From Gammaproteobacteria bacterium (lineage in GTDB: Bacteria; Pseudomonadota; Gammaproteobacteria; JAJPIJ01), in assembly GCA_035501935.1 (NCBI GenBank), contig DATJVC010000034.1:4621-68620 (forward strand): DNA of 64,000 bases. Reading direction: 5' to 3'. Below the pieces are notes generated by a model that was not told where the DNA came from, made no database searches, and saw only the letters and a list, made by a program, of their open reading frames with translations. Below, piece after piece: positions 10,101 through 19,743 of the stretch. Numbering within the stretch: the first letter of the stretch is position 1; the number at the start of each line of letters is the position of its first letter. The translations under genes were made by a program, and so were the position numbers.

Positions 10101-10961
10101 GCCGAGAAGGCCGAGGGCACCGTGCTCGCCTCCGAAGGATTGGCGTTGACCGGCGCCTGGGTGGACAAGGACAAGGGCCTCATTTCGCTCATCGCCCTCG
10201 AGATGGGCGCTTCCAGCCGCATCTGCGCCACGCTCAAACCCGGCGAGCCCATCGTCGTCATGGGGGTGACAGGCACGCCCACGGACATTCCCAGCGGCCG
10301 GAATGTGCTCCTCGCCGGCGGCGGGCTGGGCAATGCGGTGTTGTTCTCGATCGGACGGGCGCTGCGCGCCGCAGGCAACAACGTCATATACTTCGCCGGT
10401 TATCGCAACGGCCAGGACCTGTTCAAACGCGAGGACATTGAGGCGGCCTCCGACATCGTGGTCTGGGCCGTGGATCGCCAGGCGAATGCCGCCGTCATCC
10501 CGCCGCGGCGTCCGCAGGATAAAACCTTCATCGGCAACATCGTCGAGGCCATGCTGGCCTACGCCAGGGGCGAGCTCGGCGAAACCCCCATCCATCTTGA
10601 TGATGTCGATCACATGATCGTCATCGGTTCCGACCGCATGATGGCGGCGGTCAAGGAAGCGCGTCATGGTGCGCTCAAGCCGTACCTCAAACCCAGCCAC
10701 CACGCCATCGGTTCCATCAACTCACCGATGCAGTGCATGATGAAGGGGGTATGCGCACAGTGCTTGTGCAAGCACGTCGACCCCAAAACCGGCGAAGAGT
10801 ATTTCGTTTATTCATGTAACAATCAGGATCAGGATCTGGACCATGTGGATTTTCCGAACCTGAACGCCCGCCTGCGCCAGAATACTGTGCAGGAGAAAAT
10901 CGCCAGTTTATGGCTGGATTATCTGCTGGACAAACGGCCCTCCCGGGAGACGGCTGCCTGA
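7146..10961 (+). CDS. large multidomain Fe-S/FAD/NAD(P) oxidoreductase: GltD/NfnB-like module fused to a PyrK/NfnA-like ferredoxin-reductase module
   Basis: 1271-aa ORF. Cys clusters: CIYCHDRDTDSC and CPGTGHRICNDCMRGC. Rossmann motifs: VLIAGLGPAGYTLAQYL and VIGGGLTAIDTA. The C-terminal FNR-like part has RFSPGQFYRV and VLLAGGGLGNAVL. PyrK-type cluster motif: CMMKGVCAQCLC. Start is uncertain (ATG 7146, 7206 or 7266). Confidence 0.7.
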   Translation: MKALPCTPFVVALRKSYRCRMNRTPKNSSLNPPSPALKLGMPGYIYADLYEPERLAELLTTFDTAVKTGDADLFAEWQAYRVCQGVGMTPEAISALLVRMAPHVGGFVARLFNVGGDRERQMAAIQDEMDTVFVFRAEVVMKVDTALKGTDAGGLDLAAIDQQIVTLKRVAYPATTRDPDAERALARVGAALWKLVNHYQLIAGNKPGAHAGADAEISRLRKVLSADAGAKSLFATALAMIEPAAFVAALFDPIQRWCYAALHLDARKKIVRHWMTFKSPAKTDSRNLVPVEAEQRANYSALKGPHDHHRRRDGFHLTDTRCNEREALYEVDHCIYCHDRDTDSCSKGMRNRKDGSYKVNALGVNITGCPLDEKISEMHVLKRQGDNIGALALIIVDNPLCPGTGHRICNDCMRGCIYQKTEPVNIPQIETNVLTDVLFMPWGFEIYSFLTRWNPLNVKRPHALPYNGRNVLIAGLGPAGYTLAQYLLNEGFAVVGIDGLKIEPLPVELTGDDTTPPRPIHDFHDLYEDLDRRIMLGFGGVAEYGITVRWDKNFLKVIYLTLARRNTFRCYGGVRFGGTLTINEAWDLGFHHIAIASGAGKPTIIGIRNNLIRGIRKASDFLMALQLTGAAKESSLANLQVRLPAGVIGGGLTAIDTATELMAYYPVQVEKILHRYETLSAQLGEDMIRSRLDSEESAILGEFLAHGSAIRAERERAKTAGEPPNFQPLLDQWGGVTIFYRKGMKDSPAYRQNHEEVIKALEEGIAWAEGMDPREALEDEHGHLRAVRFEKYTPADGKWADSGEQPEVALKSLFIAAGTSPNTIYQTEYPDTFEMDGKFYQRYEPIAGNGVTTLAPVHDMTWPKIGKPAPLTSYHRDGRFISFYGDNHPVYAGNVVKAMASAKDGYPYVVKLFDSELKSLDPSRQTERDAALKVLKTRLDDELLATVVEVNRLTPTIIEVVVRARRAARKFSPGQFYRVQNFESHAEKAEGTVLASEGLALTGAWVDKDKGLISLIALEMGASSRICATLKPGEPIVVMGVTGTPTDIPSGRNVLLAGGGLGNAVLFSIGRALRAAGNNVIYFAGYRNGQDLFKREDIEAASDIVVWAVDRQANAAVIPPRRPQDKTFIGNIVEAMLAYARGELGETPIHLDDVDHMIVIGSDRMMAAVKEARHGALKPYLKPSHHAIGSINSPMQCMMKGVCAQCLCKHVDPKTGEEYFVYSCNNQDQDLDHVDFPNLNARLRQNTVQEKIASLWLDYLLDKRPSRETAA

Positions 10962-11191
10962 ACGATGCAATTGTACAAGGCGTACTTGCGAGGTTGTGAA
11001 ACAGTTAACACATCAATATGTTGCTGTTTCATCTAAAAATTGGCATTATGTTCATATATGGCCTTTGTAAAATTATGGCCCGTCAAAATAACAAGCTGGT
11101 TCCTAACGAGAATGGTCGTTACACGGCAGCCGCATCGGCCGTGAGTGCAAGGGGATAGGCAACCACTGGTTTTTGTACGGGAGATTAAAGA

Positions 11192-11350
11192 ATGGCTGAT
11201 ATAGGCTTTGCCGCGTTTTACCTCGTGGCCATCATCGTTTTGGTGCTTCATTTCAACGGTTGGCTCGAGGATCACAACATGGAGTGGCTGCTTTACGTGT
11301 TGGCGCTGGCCTCGTTTGTCTATCCCGTTATGAGTTTCATCAAGCATTGA
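11192..11350 (+). CDS. hypothetical small membrane protein (52 aa, two hydrophobic helices)
   Basis: Below the track size cutoff. My translation: MADIGFAAFYLVAIIVLVLHFNGWLEDHNMEWLLYVLALASFVYPVMSFIKH. GGGAGA lies 8-13 nt upstream of the ATG. Third codon positions are G/C-biased like host genes, although the spacer is AT-rich. Confidence 0.4.
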   Translation: MADIGFAAFYLVAIIVLVLHFNGWLEDHNMEWLLYVLALASFVYPVMSFIKH

Positions 11351-11400
11351 CGTAGCTTGAAGTGGGGTGGCGGGAATGCTCCCGACCACCCATCAGTTTT

Positions 11401-11925
11401 CTATTCCTTCTGCAGATCTTTCAACCAGCGCGGCCGCATGTGCGCGATCACGGTGCCGCTGCCTCGTTTCAGCTTGGACCATGAATCGGGCAACTCCAAT
11501 ATCACCACCGCCGACGTCGGCATGCCGTCGTCTTCCTCCGAGAGACCGGCGCCCGCGCTGAGATAAAAGGCCAGCCCTTCCATTCCCGGATTGTGGCCCA
11601 CCAGCATGACCGGCATCTCGCCGGGTGCGCATTTGGCCAGCGCGGCAAGCAACGCGCGTTGACTCGCGTTGTAAATACCCGCCTCCCACTCAATATCGGC
11701 CTCCGGATAGCGCAATTCACGGGCTGCCAGCAGCGCGGTTTGTTTGGCGCGCGCTGCCGGCGAACTGACGATGAATTGAGGCAGATAATCGTTGGCGGCG
11801 AGCCAGCGCGCCATCGCCGGAACATCACGCTCCCCGCGCGACGTCAACGGCCGATCAAAGTCCTTTCCGGAGGTCGCTTCCTTCTCCGCCTTGCCGTGAC
11901 GCATGAGAATGAGTCGCCGCGTCAT
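11401..11925 (-). CDS. sixA: phosphohistidine phosphatase SixA (histidine phosphatase superfamily)
   Basis: 174 aa. The N-terminal LILMRHGKAE catalytic RHG motif and the later GHNPG motif are present. Confidence 0.8.
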   Translation of the reverse strand: MTRRLILMRHGKAEKEATSGKDFDRPLTSRGERDVPAMARWLAANDYLPQFIVSSPAARAKQTALLAARELRYPEADIEWEAGIYNASQRALLAALAKCAPGEMPVMLVGHNPGMEGLAFYLSAGAGLSEEDDGMPTSAVVILELPDSWSKLKRGSGTVIAHMRPRWLKDLQKE

Positions 11926-11927
11926 TG

Positions 11928-14147
11928 CTATTTCACCCGCATGCCCGGTTCGGCGCCATTGTCGGGACTGAGTATGAAAATTCCCGGCCCGTCACCCGAG
12001 GCGGCGAGCACCATACCCTCGGACATGCCGAATTTCATTTTGCGCGGTGCCAGATTGGCGGCGACGACCGTCAAACGGCCCACCAACGTCGCTGGATCAT
12101 AAGCAGACTTGATGCCGGCAAAGATCGTCCGCGTGTGGCCTTCATTGAGATCGACCGTCAACTTGAGCAGTTTATCGGCGCCCTCGACATGTTCGGCATT
12201 CACAATCTTCGCGATACGCAGGTCCACCTTGCTGAATTCGTCGATGCTGATGTGATTGGCTTCATTCATGGCCTTTTCGTCCGTATGTTGCTGATGTTGT
12301 GCATGCCGCTGCTGCGAATGGCTGTCCCTGGCCGGCGCCAGTGTTTCCTTGCTCGCCTCCACCATCGTATCTATTGCTTTTAGGTCAATTCGCGCCATCA
12401 AATGCGTGTATTCGTTGATTCTATGACCTGCTGGAAGAGGTTCAAGAACGTCAGACCAAATGAAGGATTTAACGTTTAAGAATTTCTCAATTTCGCTAAC
12501 AAGCCGTGGTAAAATCGGCTTCAGCAGGATCGATACGGATCGAAACAGTGCGATAGCCATAGTGCATACCTCATGAAGTCTTGATTCTTTCCCAACTTGT
12601 TTTGCTAAGTCCCAAGGCTTCTTCTCGTTTACATATTCATTCGCTAGGTCTGCAATCTTCATTAACTTCCGAAGTGCGAAACTGTATTCTCTCGTTTCAT
12701 AGCATTCTGCAATAAGCTTTAACTGTAGCTCCTTGATATCTCCATAAGCATCTTTCTCTTGAGCAAGTTCTTTAGCAAGTACACTTGCACCTGCTTGAAT
12801 GAAGCTACGATGTTCTTCCTCACTATGTTGACTTACTGGTGGATTATCACCATCAATAATTATCTTCCTATATAGTTCTTTAGATTCTTTCGACAATTCT
12901 GCAAGTTCACCATTGAAGTGCTTGCTGATAAAACCCGCGCAGCGGGAGGCGATATTGATGTACTTGCCGATGAGATCGGAGTTGACGCGGGCAACGAAGT
13001 CATCGAGGTTGAGATCGACATCCTCCATCGTGCCGTTGAGCTTGGCGGCGTAGTAGTAGCGCAGGTATTCGGGGTTCTTGATGTGCTCCAGATAACTACG
13101 TGCGGTGATAAAAGTACCGCGCGACTTCGACATCTTCTCGCCATTCACGGTGAGAAAGCCGTGCGAGTAAATCTTCGTCGGCGTACGGTAGCCGGAGTTT
13201 TCCAGCATTGCCGGCCAGAACAAGGCATGGAAATAGAGGATGTCCTTGCCGATGAAGTGAATCATCTCCGCGCCTGACTTCGCCGCCGCCTTCTCGTCGA
13301 TGAAGTCCTTTACCTCTGCGCCGCGGCCGTTGCGGTCGAAATAATTCTTGAAGCTGCCGAAATAGCCGATGGGCGCGTCCAGCCAGACGTAGAAATATTT
13401 CTTGCCGTTGGTGCCGGGAATCTCAAAGCCGAAGTACGGTGCATCGCGGGAGATGTCCCAGTCGTTCAGGCCCGCGGCAAACCATTCCTGCATTTTATTT
13501 GCGGCCTCTGCCTGCAGGGTGCCGGAACGGGTCCACTCTTTGAGAAATTTCTCGCAGTCGCCGAGTTTGAAAAAATAATGCTCGGATTCCTTGCGCACCG
13601 GCGTGGCGCCGGAGATGGCCGAGTACGGATTCTTCAGATCAGTCGGTGCATAGGTGGCGCCGCAGTTTTCGCAGGAGTCACCGTACTGATCCTTGGTACC
13701 GCACTTCGGGCACTCGCCCTTGATGTAGCGATCCGGCAGGAACATGTTCTTGACCGGGTCGAAAAATTGCTCGACGGTGCGGCGCGCGATCAAGCCTGCC
13801 TTGTCGAGCTTTTTGTAGATGTCCTCGGCGTACTGGCGCGTTTCGTCCGAATGGGTCTGGTGGTAATTGTCGAATTCCACCAGAAAATCCTTGAAATCCC
13901 GCTTGTGCTCTTCATAGACACGTGCGATCAATTGCTCCGGCGTAATGCCGTCCTTGTCGGCGCGCAGCATGATCGGCGTGCCGTGGGTATCGTCGGCGCA
14001 AACGTAATGCACCTCATGGCCGCGCATCTTCTGGAAGCGCACCCAGATGTCGGTCTGGATGTACTCGACCAGATGGCCGAGATGGATCGGCCCGTTGGCA
14101 TAGGGCAATGCGCTGGTTGCGAGGATGCGGCGTTTGGGTTCGGACAT
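11928..14147 (-). CDS. metG: methionine--tRNA ligase (739 aa, with C-terminal tRNA-binding domain)
   Basis: Begins [22 protein letters not shown] (HIGH region) and contains KMSKSRG (KMSKS). Zn knuckle: CPKCG...CENCG. The C-terminal Trbp111-like domain ends GAEPGMRVK. Confidence 0.95.
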   Translation of the reverse strand: MSEPKRRILATSALPYANGPIHLGHLVEYIQTDIWVRFQKMRGHEVHYVCADDTHGTPIMLRADKDGITPEQLIARVYEEHKRDFKDFLVEFDNYHQTHSDETRQYAEDIYKKLDKAGLIARRTVEQFFDPVKNMFLPDRYIKGECPKCGTKDQYGDSCENCGATYAPTDLKNPYSAISGATPVRKESEHYFFKLGDCEKFLKEWTRSGTLQAEAANKMQEWFAAGLNDWDISRDAPYFGFEIPGTNGKKYFYVWLDAPIGYFGSFKNYFDRNGRGAEVKDFIDEKAAAKSGAEMIHFIGKDILYFHALFWPAMLENSGYRTPTKIYSHGFLTVNGEKMSKSRGTFITARSYLEHIKNPEYLRYYYAAKLNGTMEDVDLNLDDFVARVNSDLIGKYINIASRCAGFISKHFNGELAELSKESKELYRKIIIDGDNPPVSQHSEEEHRSFIQAGASVLAKELAQEKDAYGDIKELQLKLIAECYETREYSFALRKLMKIADLANEYVNEKKPWDLAKQVGKESRLHEVCTMAIALFRSVSILLKPILPRLVSEIEKFLNVKSFIWSDVLEPLPAGHRINEYTHLMARIDLKAIDTMVEASKETLAPARDSHSQQRHAQHQQHTDEKAMNEANHISIDEFSKVDLRIAKIVNAEHVEGADKLLKLTVDLNEGHTRTIFAGIKSAYDPATLVGRLTVVAANLAPRKMKFGMSEGMVLAASGDGPGIFILSPDNGAEPGMRVK

Positions 14148-14265
14148 GGTTTTTATTGGGCTTCAGAAAGCGGGCGTAAAGTAACATTCCCACCGTACCC
14201 TGTCACGGTAGCTGCCGCCCGGAAGCCGGCGCTTTTGGTGTAAGATTACCGCCTTGCGCAAATTC

Positions 14266-15369
<1,104 letters not shown>

Positions 15370-15374
15370 ACACC

Positions 15375-15941
15375 ATGTCCATAAAATCCGATAAATGGAT
15401 CCGCCGCATGGCGGAAAGTCACAAGATGATCGAGCCGTTCGAGCCCAACCAGGTGCGGGAGGTAAAGGGCGCGCGCATTGTGTCTTACGGCACCTCCAGC
15501 TACGGCTACGATCTGCGCTGCGCGAATGAATTCAAGATCTTCACCAATATCAACAGTACAATCGTTGACCCCAAGGCTTTCGACTCCAACAGCTTCGTCG
15601 ACATGAAGTCCGATGTGTGCATCATCCCGCCGAACTCCTTCGCGCTGGCACGCACGGTGGAATATTTCCGCATCCCGCGCAACGTGCTGACGATCTGCCT
15701 GGGCAAATCCACCTACGCGCGCTGCGGCATCATCGTCAACGTCACACCGCTCGAACCCGAATGGGAAGGCCATGTCACGCTGGAGTTTTCCAACACCACG
15801 CCACTGCCCGCAAAAATTTACGCCAACGAAGGCGTGGCGCAGGTCATTTTCATTGAATCCGACGAGCCCTGTGAAACTTCATACAAGGATCGGGGCGGTA
15901 AATATCAAGGACAGCGTGGAGTTACATTGCCCAAAACCTGA
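15375..15941 (+). CDS. dcd: dCTP deaminase
   Basis: 188 aa. Begins [14 protein letters not shown] and contains SSYGYDLR, which are typical Dcd features. Confidence 0.9.
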   Translation: MSIKSDKWIRRMAESHKMIEPFEPNQVREVKGARIVSYGTSSYGYDLRCANEFKIFTNINSTIVDPKAFDSNSFVDMKSDVCIIPPNSFALARTVEYFRIPRNVLTICLGKSTYARCGIIVNVTPLEPEWEGHVTLEFSNTTPLPAKIYANEGVAQVIFIESDEPCETSYKDRGGKYQGQRGVTLPKT

Positions 15942-15947
15942 GGCGCG

Positions 15948-16178
15948 CTATTTTTTGCGGATGGTGAAGTAAAACTTGTCGTTCTCCTTGCGCTCTTCCA
16001 CCAGCACGTTGCCGGACTGCGCGCAAAATCCGCCGAAATCAAGACTCGACGCCGGATCAGTCGAAATGACGTGCAGCAACTGGCCGCTGCTCATCGTGCT
16101 CAGCGCCTTCTTGGTCTTGAGAACCGGCAAAGGGCAGTTCAAACCCGAAGCGTCCAGTTCCACGTCGTAATGCGTCAT
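15948..16178 (-). CDS. TusA/SirA-family sulfur carrier protein
   Basis: 76 aa with the LDASGLNCPLPVLKTKKAL motif (CPxP active-site Cys). Confidence 0.8.
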   Translation of the reverse strand: MTHYDVELDASGLNCPLPVLKTKKALSTMSSGQLLHVISTDPASSLDFGGFCAQSGNVLVEERKENDKFYFTIRKK

Positions 16179-16263
16179 GCGCCTTAAACTCCGGACATTC
16201 CCGAATCCGCCGCACGGCGGGGGATGAATGGTACACTAAAATCATCATTTGCCGTGCCTGCTT

Positions 16264-17649
16264 ATGAAGCACCTGCCAATTTCTTTTTATGTCGCGCGAC
16301 GCCGCTGCCTCGTGGTCGGCGGCGGTGAGGTTGCTGCGCGCAAAATCGACCTGCTGCTCAAGCGCGCTGCACAGGTCATCGTGGTGGCGCCGGATATCTG
16401 CCCCGCAATCACCGTCCTGCGTGATTCCGGAAAACTGCGGCATGAGACACGAACGTTCAAGGACGAGGATTTATCCGGCGTCGATTTGATTTTTGCCGCA
16501 ACCGATGACCGCACTCTCAACAAGCGCATAGCGGAATTGGCGCAGGCCCGGCGGCTGCCGGTCAACGTCATCGATGACCCTGAGTTGTGCACGTTTATCA
16601 TGCCGTCGATCATCGAACGCGACCCGGTGCAGGTGGCGGTTTCCTCCGGCGGCGCCTCCCCGGTGCTGGCGCGGCTGCTCCGCGCGCGGCTGGAGAGCTT
16701 CATCCCCGCCACTTACGGCCGGCTGGCGGCATTGATGGGGGCCTCTCGCAAACGTGTGCGCAAGCGCCTGCCCGACATGACGCAACGCCGCCGGTTCTGG
16801 GAAGACATACTGCATGGCCCCATCGCCGAGATGCTGTTCGCCGGCCGGGAGCAGGCGGCACTGCAGGCGCTGGAGCAAACCATCGCTGATCCCATGCTGC
16901 ATCCACCCGCGCATGGCGAGGTGTATCTGGTCGGCGGTGGCCCGGGCGATCCGGACTTGTTGACATTTCGCGCATTGCGGCTGATGCAGCAGGCTGACGT
17001 GGTGATCTATGACCGTTTGGTGGCGCCGGAAATCGTGGCGCTGGCACGCAAGGACGCCGAACGGATTTACGTTGGCAAGGAGCGGGATCAGCACACCGTG
17101 CCACAGCCTGAAATTAATGCGCTTTTAGTGCAACTTGCCAAAGCGGGCAAGCGTGTACTGCGATTAAAAGGTGGCGATCCCTTCATTTTTGGCCGGGGCG
17201 GCGAAGAGATTGAAACTCTTTCCGGTGAAGGGATCCCGTTTCAGGTCGTGCCCGGCATCACGGCCGCTGCAGGGTGCGCCAGTTATGCCGGCATTCCACT
17301 GACCCACCGTGATTACGCGCAGTCCTGTGTCTTCGTCACCGGCCATCTTAAAAATGACAAAATGAACCTGAACTGGCCGGCCTTGGTGCAACCTCAACAA
17401 ACGTTGGCAGTGTATATGAGCGTGCACGGCCTCGATGTGCTCTGCCGCGGACTGATCGGACACGGCATGTGTGCCGGTATGCCTGCCGCGCTGGTGGAGC
17501 GAGGCACACTGCCGCGGCAGCGCGTGCTGGTTGGCTCGCTTGAATCACTACCGGCGCTGGCAAAAGCCAGTGATGTACAGCCGCCGAGCATGGTCATCAT
17601 CGGCGAAGTGGTGAAACTGCACGATAAACTGAAATGGTTCAGCGGGTGA
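16264..17649 (+). CDS. cysG: siroheme synthase (precorrin-2 dehydrogenase/ferrochelatase plus uroporphyrinogen-III methyltransferase)
   Basis: N-terminal VVGGGEVAARK Rossmann fold. C-terminal methylase region: VYLVGGGPGDPDLLT and LKGGDPFIFGRGGEE. ATG 16264 is preferred over the track's TTG 16249. Confidence 0.9.
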   Translation: MKHLPISFYVARRRCLVVGGGEVAARKIDLLLKRAAQVIVVAPDICPAITVLRDSGKLRHETRTFKDEDLSGVDLIFAATDDRTLNKRIAELAQARRLPVNVIDDPELCTFIMPSIIERDPVQVAVSSGGASPVLARLLRARLESFIPATYGRLAALMGASRKRVRKRLPDMTQRRRFWEDILHGPIAEMLFAGREQAALQALEQTIADPMLHPPAHGEVYLVGGGPGDPDLLTFRALRLMQQADVVIYDRLVAPEIVALARKDAERIYVGKERDQHTVPQPEINALLVQLAKAGKRVLRLKGGDPFIFGRGGEEIETLSGEGIPFQVVPGITAAAGCASYAGIPLTHRDYAQSCVFVTGHLKNDKMNLNWPALVQPQQTLAVYMSVHGLDVLCRGLIGHGMCAGMPAALVERGTLPRQRVLVGSLESLPALAKASDVQPPSMVIIGEVVKLHDKLKWFSG

Positions 17650-17660
17650 ATCGAGGTTGA

Positions 17661-17996
17661 TCAGTTAAACAATGCATCGACCTTGGCGGCACAGATGAAA
17701 TCGTTGTCGGACAGCCCCTTGATGGCGTGCGTGGAGTAGCGCACCAAGCAGCTGCCCCAATGCACTTCGAGATCAGGGTGATGATCCTCGTGATGGGCGA
17801 TCCAGGCCACGGCGTTCACGAATTCCATCGTCTCATGAAAGTTGCGGAAGGTGAATTCACGACTCAATACAGTCGCCGTCTCATTCAACGTCCAATCCGG
17901 AATTTGTTTGTGCAACGACTGGCATTGATCGCGCGGCAACGGCTTGATGCCGCCTTCGCACGGCACGCATCGTTTCTGCGCCAGTGGTCCTTCCAT
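17661..17996 (-). CDS. phhB: 4a-hydroxytetrahydrobiopterin (pterin-4-alpha-carbinolamine) dehydratase
   Basis: 111 aa containing AHHEDHHPDLEV, the signature of the PCD family. Confidence 0.85.
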   Translation of the reverse strand: MEGPLAQKRCVPCEGGIKPLPRDQCQSLHKQIPDWTLNETATVLSREFTFRNFHETMEFVNAVAWIAHHEDHHPDLEVHWGSCLVRYSTHAIKGLSDNDFICAAKVDALFN

Positions 17997-18062
17997 TATT
18001 TCTGCGGCATGATTAACAACATAAACGCGGGTACTTTAAAACTTCGGGGGCTAGAAGAAAAT

Positions 18063-18106
18063 CGGGGCCGCTCATCGATAGGGGGAGGAGAAGTTGAGCG
18101 GCCCCG
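18063..18106. other. strong stem-loop (12-bp GC-rich stem, 20-nt purine-rich loop)
   Basis: CGGGGCCGCTCA-N20-TGAGCGGCCCCG, read directly. On the minus strand it is followed by GATTTTCTTCT, which is terminator-like. It lies in the 409-nt AT-rich spacer between divergent phhB and ispG. Confidence 0.4.
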
Positions 18107-18340
18107 GCACATAAAAACTAAAGTTAGGAGGAATGCATTTCTTAAAATTTAGTATAGTAAAGGCCGTCGTAAATTGCCGTGATGGCAATCACATAAAACA
18201 ACATTGCCCGGTAAAATGATCGTGACCCGTTCCGCAAATTTACAAGACCCGATTTTGTACGCATCGCCTGCAGAAGCTAATGAACCGTCTCCGGCACTTG
18301 ATGAAAAATCTGTTTTGCATCAATTTGCTATGATGCATAC

Positions 18341-18368
18341 TTGACACAGATGCGGCGGTCATTAGACT
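18341..18368 (+). promoter_or_regulatory. putative sigma-70 promoter of ispG
   Basis: TTGACA (18341-18346), a 16-nt spacer, then TAGACT (18363-18368). This is about 38 nt upstream of the ispG ATG. Confidence 0.4.
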
Positions 18369-18405
18369 GCCTGTTTGCAGCGCACAAATTTATCGCGAAG
18401 ACTGG

Positions 18406-19698
18406 ATGCAAGTTACGAAACTTATGCAGGAAAACAATCAGTTATCTCATCGCCGCCACAGCATAGGCGTCAAAATAGGCAAGGTGCTGGTCGGTGGAGG
18501 TGCCCCGGTGGTGGTGCAATCTATGACCAACACGGACACCGCCGATGTCGCGGCGACGGTAAAACAGGTGCAACAGCTGGCCCAGGCGGGCTCCGAACTC
18601 GTGCGCGTGACCGTCAATACGGAGGAAGCCGCCGCGCAGGTCGGGCGCATACGCGACATGCTGGACGCCGTCGGCTGCCAAGCGCCGCTCATCGGCGACT
18701 TTCATTACAACGGCCATTTGTTGCTGACCAAATATCCCGATTGCGCCCGCGCACTGGCGAAATACCGCATCAATCCCGGCAACGTCGGTTTCGGCAAGAA
18801 GAAAGACCGGCAATTCGCCACCATGATCGAGACCGCCATCAAATACGACAAGCCCATCCGCATCGGCGTGAACTGGGGCAGCCTCGATCAGGAACTGGTG
18901 GTCAAGATGATGGACGACAATGCCAGACTCGCTGAACCGCGTGACGCCTCCGAAGTCACGCGCGAAGCGCTGGTCGTCTCGGCGCTGCAAAGCGCCGCCA
19001 AGGCCGAGGAGATCGGGCTGACGCGCGACAAAATCATCCTGTCCTGCAAGGTCAGCGGCGTACAGGACTTGATCGCCGTGTATTCCGATCTGGCCGGGCG
19101 CTGCGACTACGCGCTGCACCTCGGCCTGACCGAGGCCGGCATGGGTTCCAAGGGCATCGTCGCCTCCACCGCCGCGCTCGCGGTGCTGCTCCAGCAGGGC
19201 ATTGGCGACACGATCCGGATTTCGCTCACGCCCGAACCGGGCGGCGATCGCGCGCGCGAGGTCATCGTGGCGCAGGAAATTCTGCAGACCATGGGTTTGC
19301 GATCATTCACGCCGCTGGTCACCGCCTGCCCGGGCTGCGGGCGCACCACCAGCACCTTCTTCCAGGAACTGGCCGACAGCATCCAGACGTATGTCCGCGC
19401 GCAAATGCCGGTATGGCGCGGGCAATACGACGGCGTGGAAAACATGACACTGGCGGTGATGGGCTGCGTCGTCAACGGTCCGGGCGAGAGCAAGCATGCC
19501 AACATCGGCATTTCGCTGCCCGGCACGGGCGAGGCGCCGTCAGCGCCCGTATTCATCGATGGCCAGAAGACCGTGACGCTGCGCGGCGACAACATCGCCG
19601 CTGAATTCCGCCAATTGATCGACGATTACGTGGCGCGCAAGTACGTACGCAAGACACCGGCAGTGATCGACACGCGGCGCGCACAAGCCGTCGGTTGA
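18406..19698 (+). CDS. ispG: 4-hydroxy-3-methylbut-2-en-1-yl diphosphate synthase (flavodoxin)
   Basis: 430 aa. Contains [17 protein letters not shown] and ACPGCGRT...GCVVNGPGE (the Fe-S cysteines). Confidence 0.9.
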   Translation: MQVTKLMQENNQLSHRRHSIGVKIGKVLVGGGAPVVVQSMTNTDTADVAATVKQVQQLAQAGSELVRVTVNTEEAAAQVGRIRDMLDAVGCQAPLIGDFHYNGHLLLTKYPDCARALAKYRINPGNVGFGKKKDRQFATMIETAIKYDKPIRIGVNWGSLDQELVVKMMDDNARLAEPRDASEVTREALVVSALQSAAKAEEIGLTRDKIILSCKVSGVQDLIAVYSDLAGRCDYALHLGLTEAGMGSKGIVASTAALAVLLQQGIGDTIRISLTPEPGGDRAREVIVAQEILQTMGLRSFTPLVTACPGCGRTTSTFFQELADSIQTYVRAQMPVWRGQYDGVENMTLAVMGCVVNGPGESKHANIGISLPGTGEAPSAPVFIDGQKTVTLRGDNIAAEFRQLIDDYVARKYVRKTPAVIDTRRAQAVG

Positions 19699-19743
19699 CG
19701 CGCACGCGGCCAGCAGCCGCCTGACGGCCGCCAAAACCAAGGA

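Noticed and set aside
11033-11389. 118-aa minus-strand ORF in the oxidoreductase/sixA spacer.
   Set aside because: There is no ribosome-binding site, the composition is odd, and it overlaps the more coding-like 52-aa plus-strand ORF. It is probably spurious.
18133-18219. 28-aa ORF (MHFLKFSIVKAVVNCRDGNHIKQHCPVK) directly after the TAGGAGGA box.
   Set aside because: The Shine-Dalgarno to ATG spacing is only about 1-2 nt, and the codon usage is AT-rich and unlike the host. It is unlikely to be translated.
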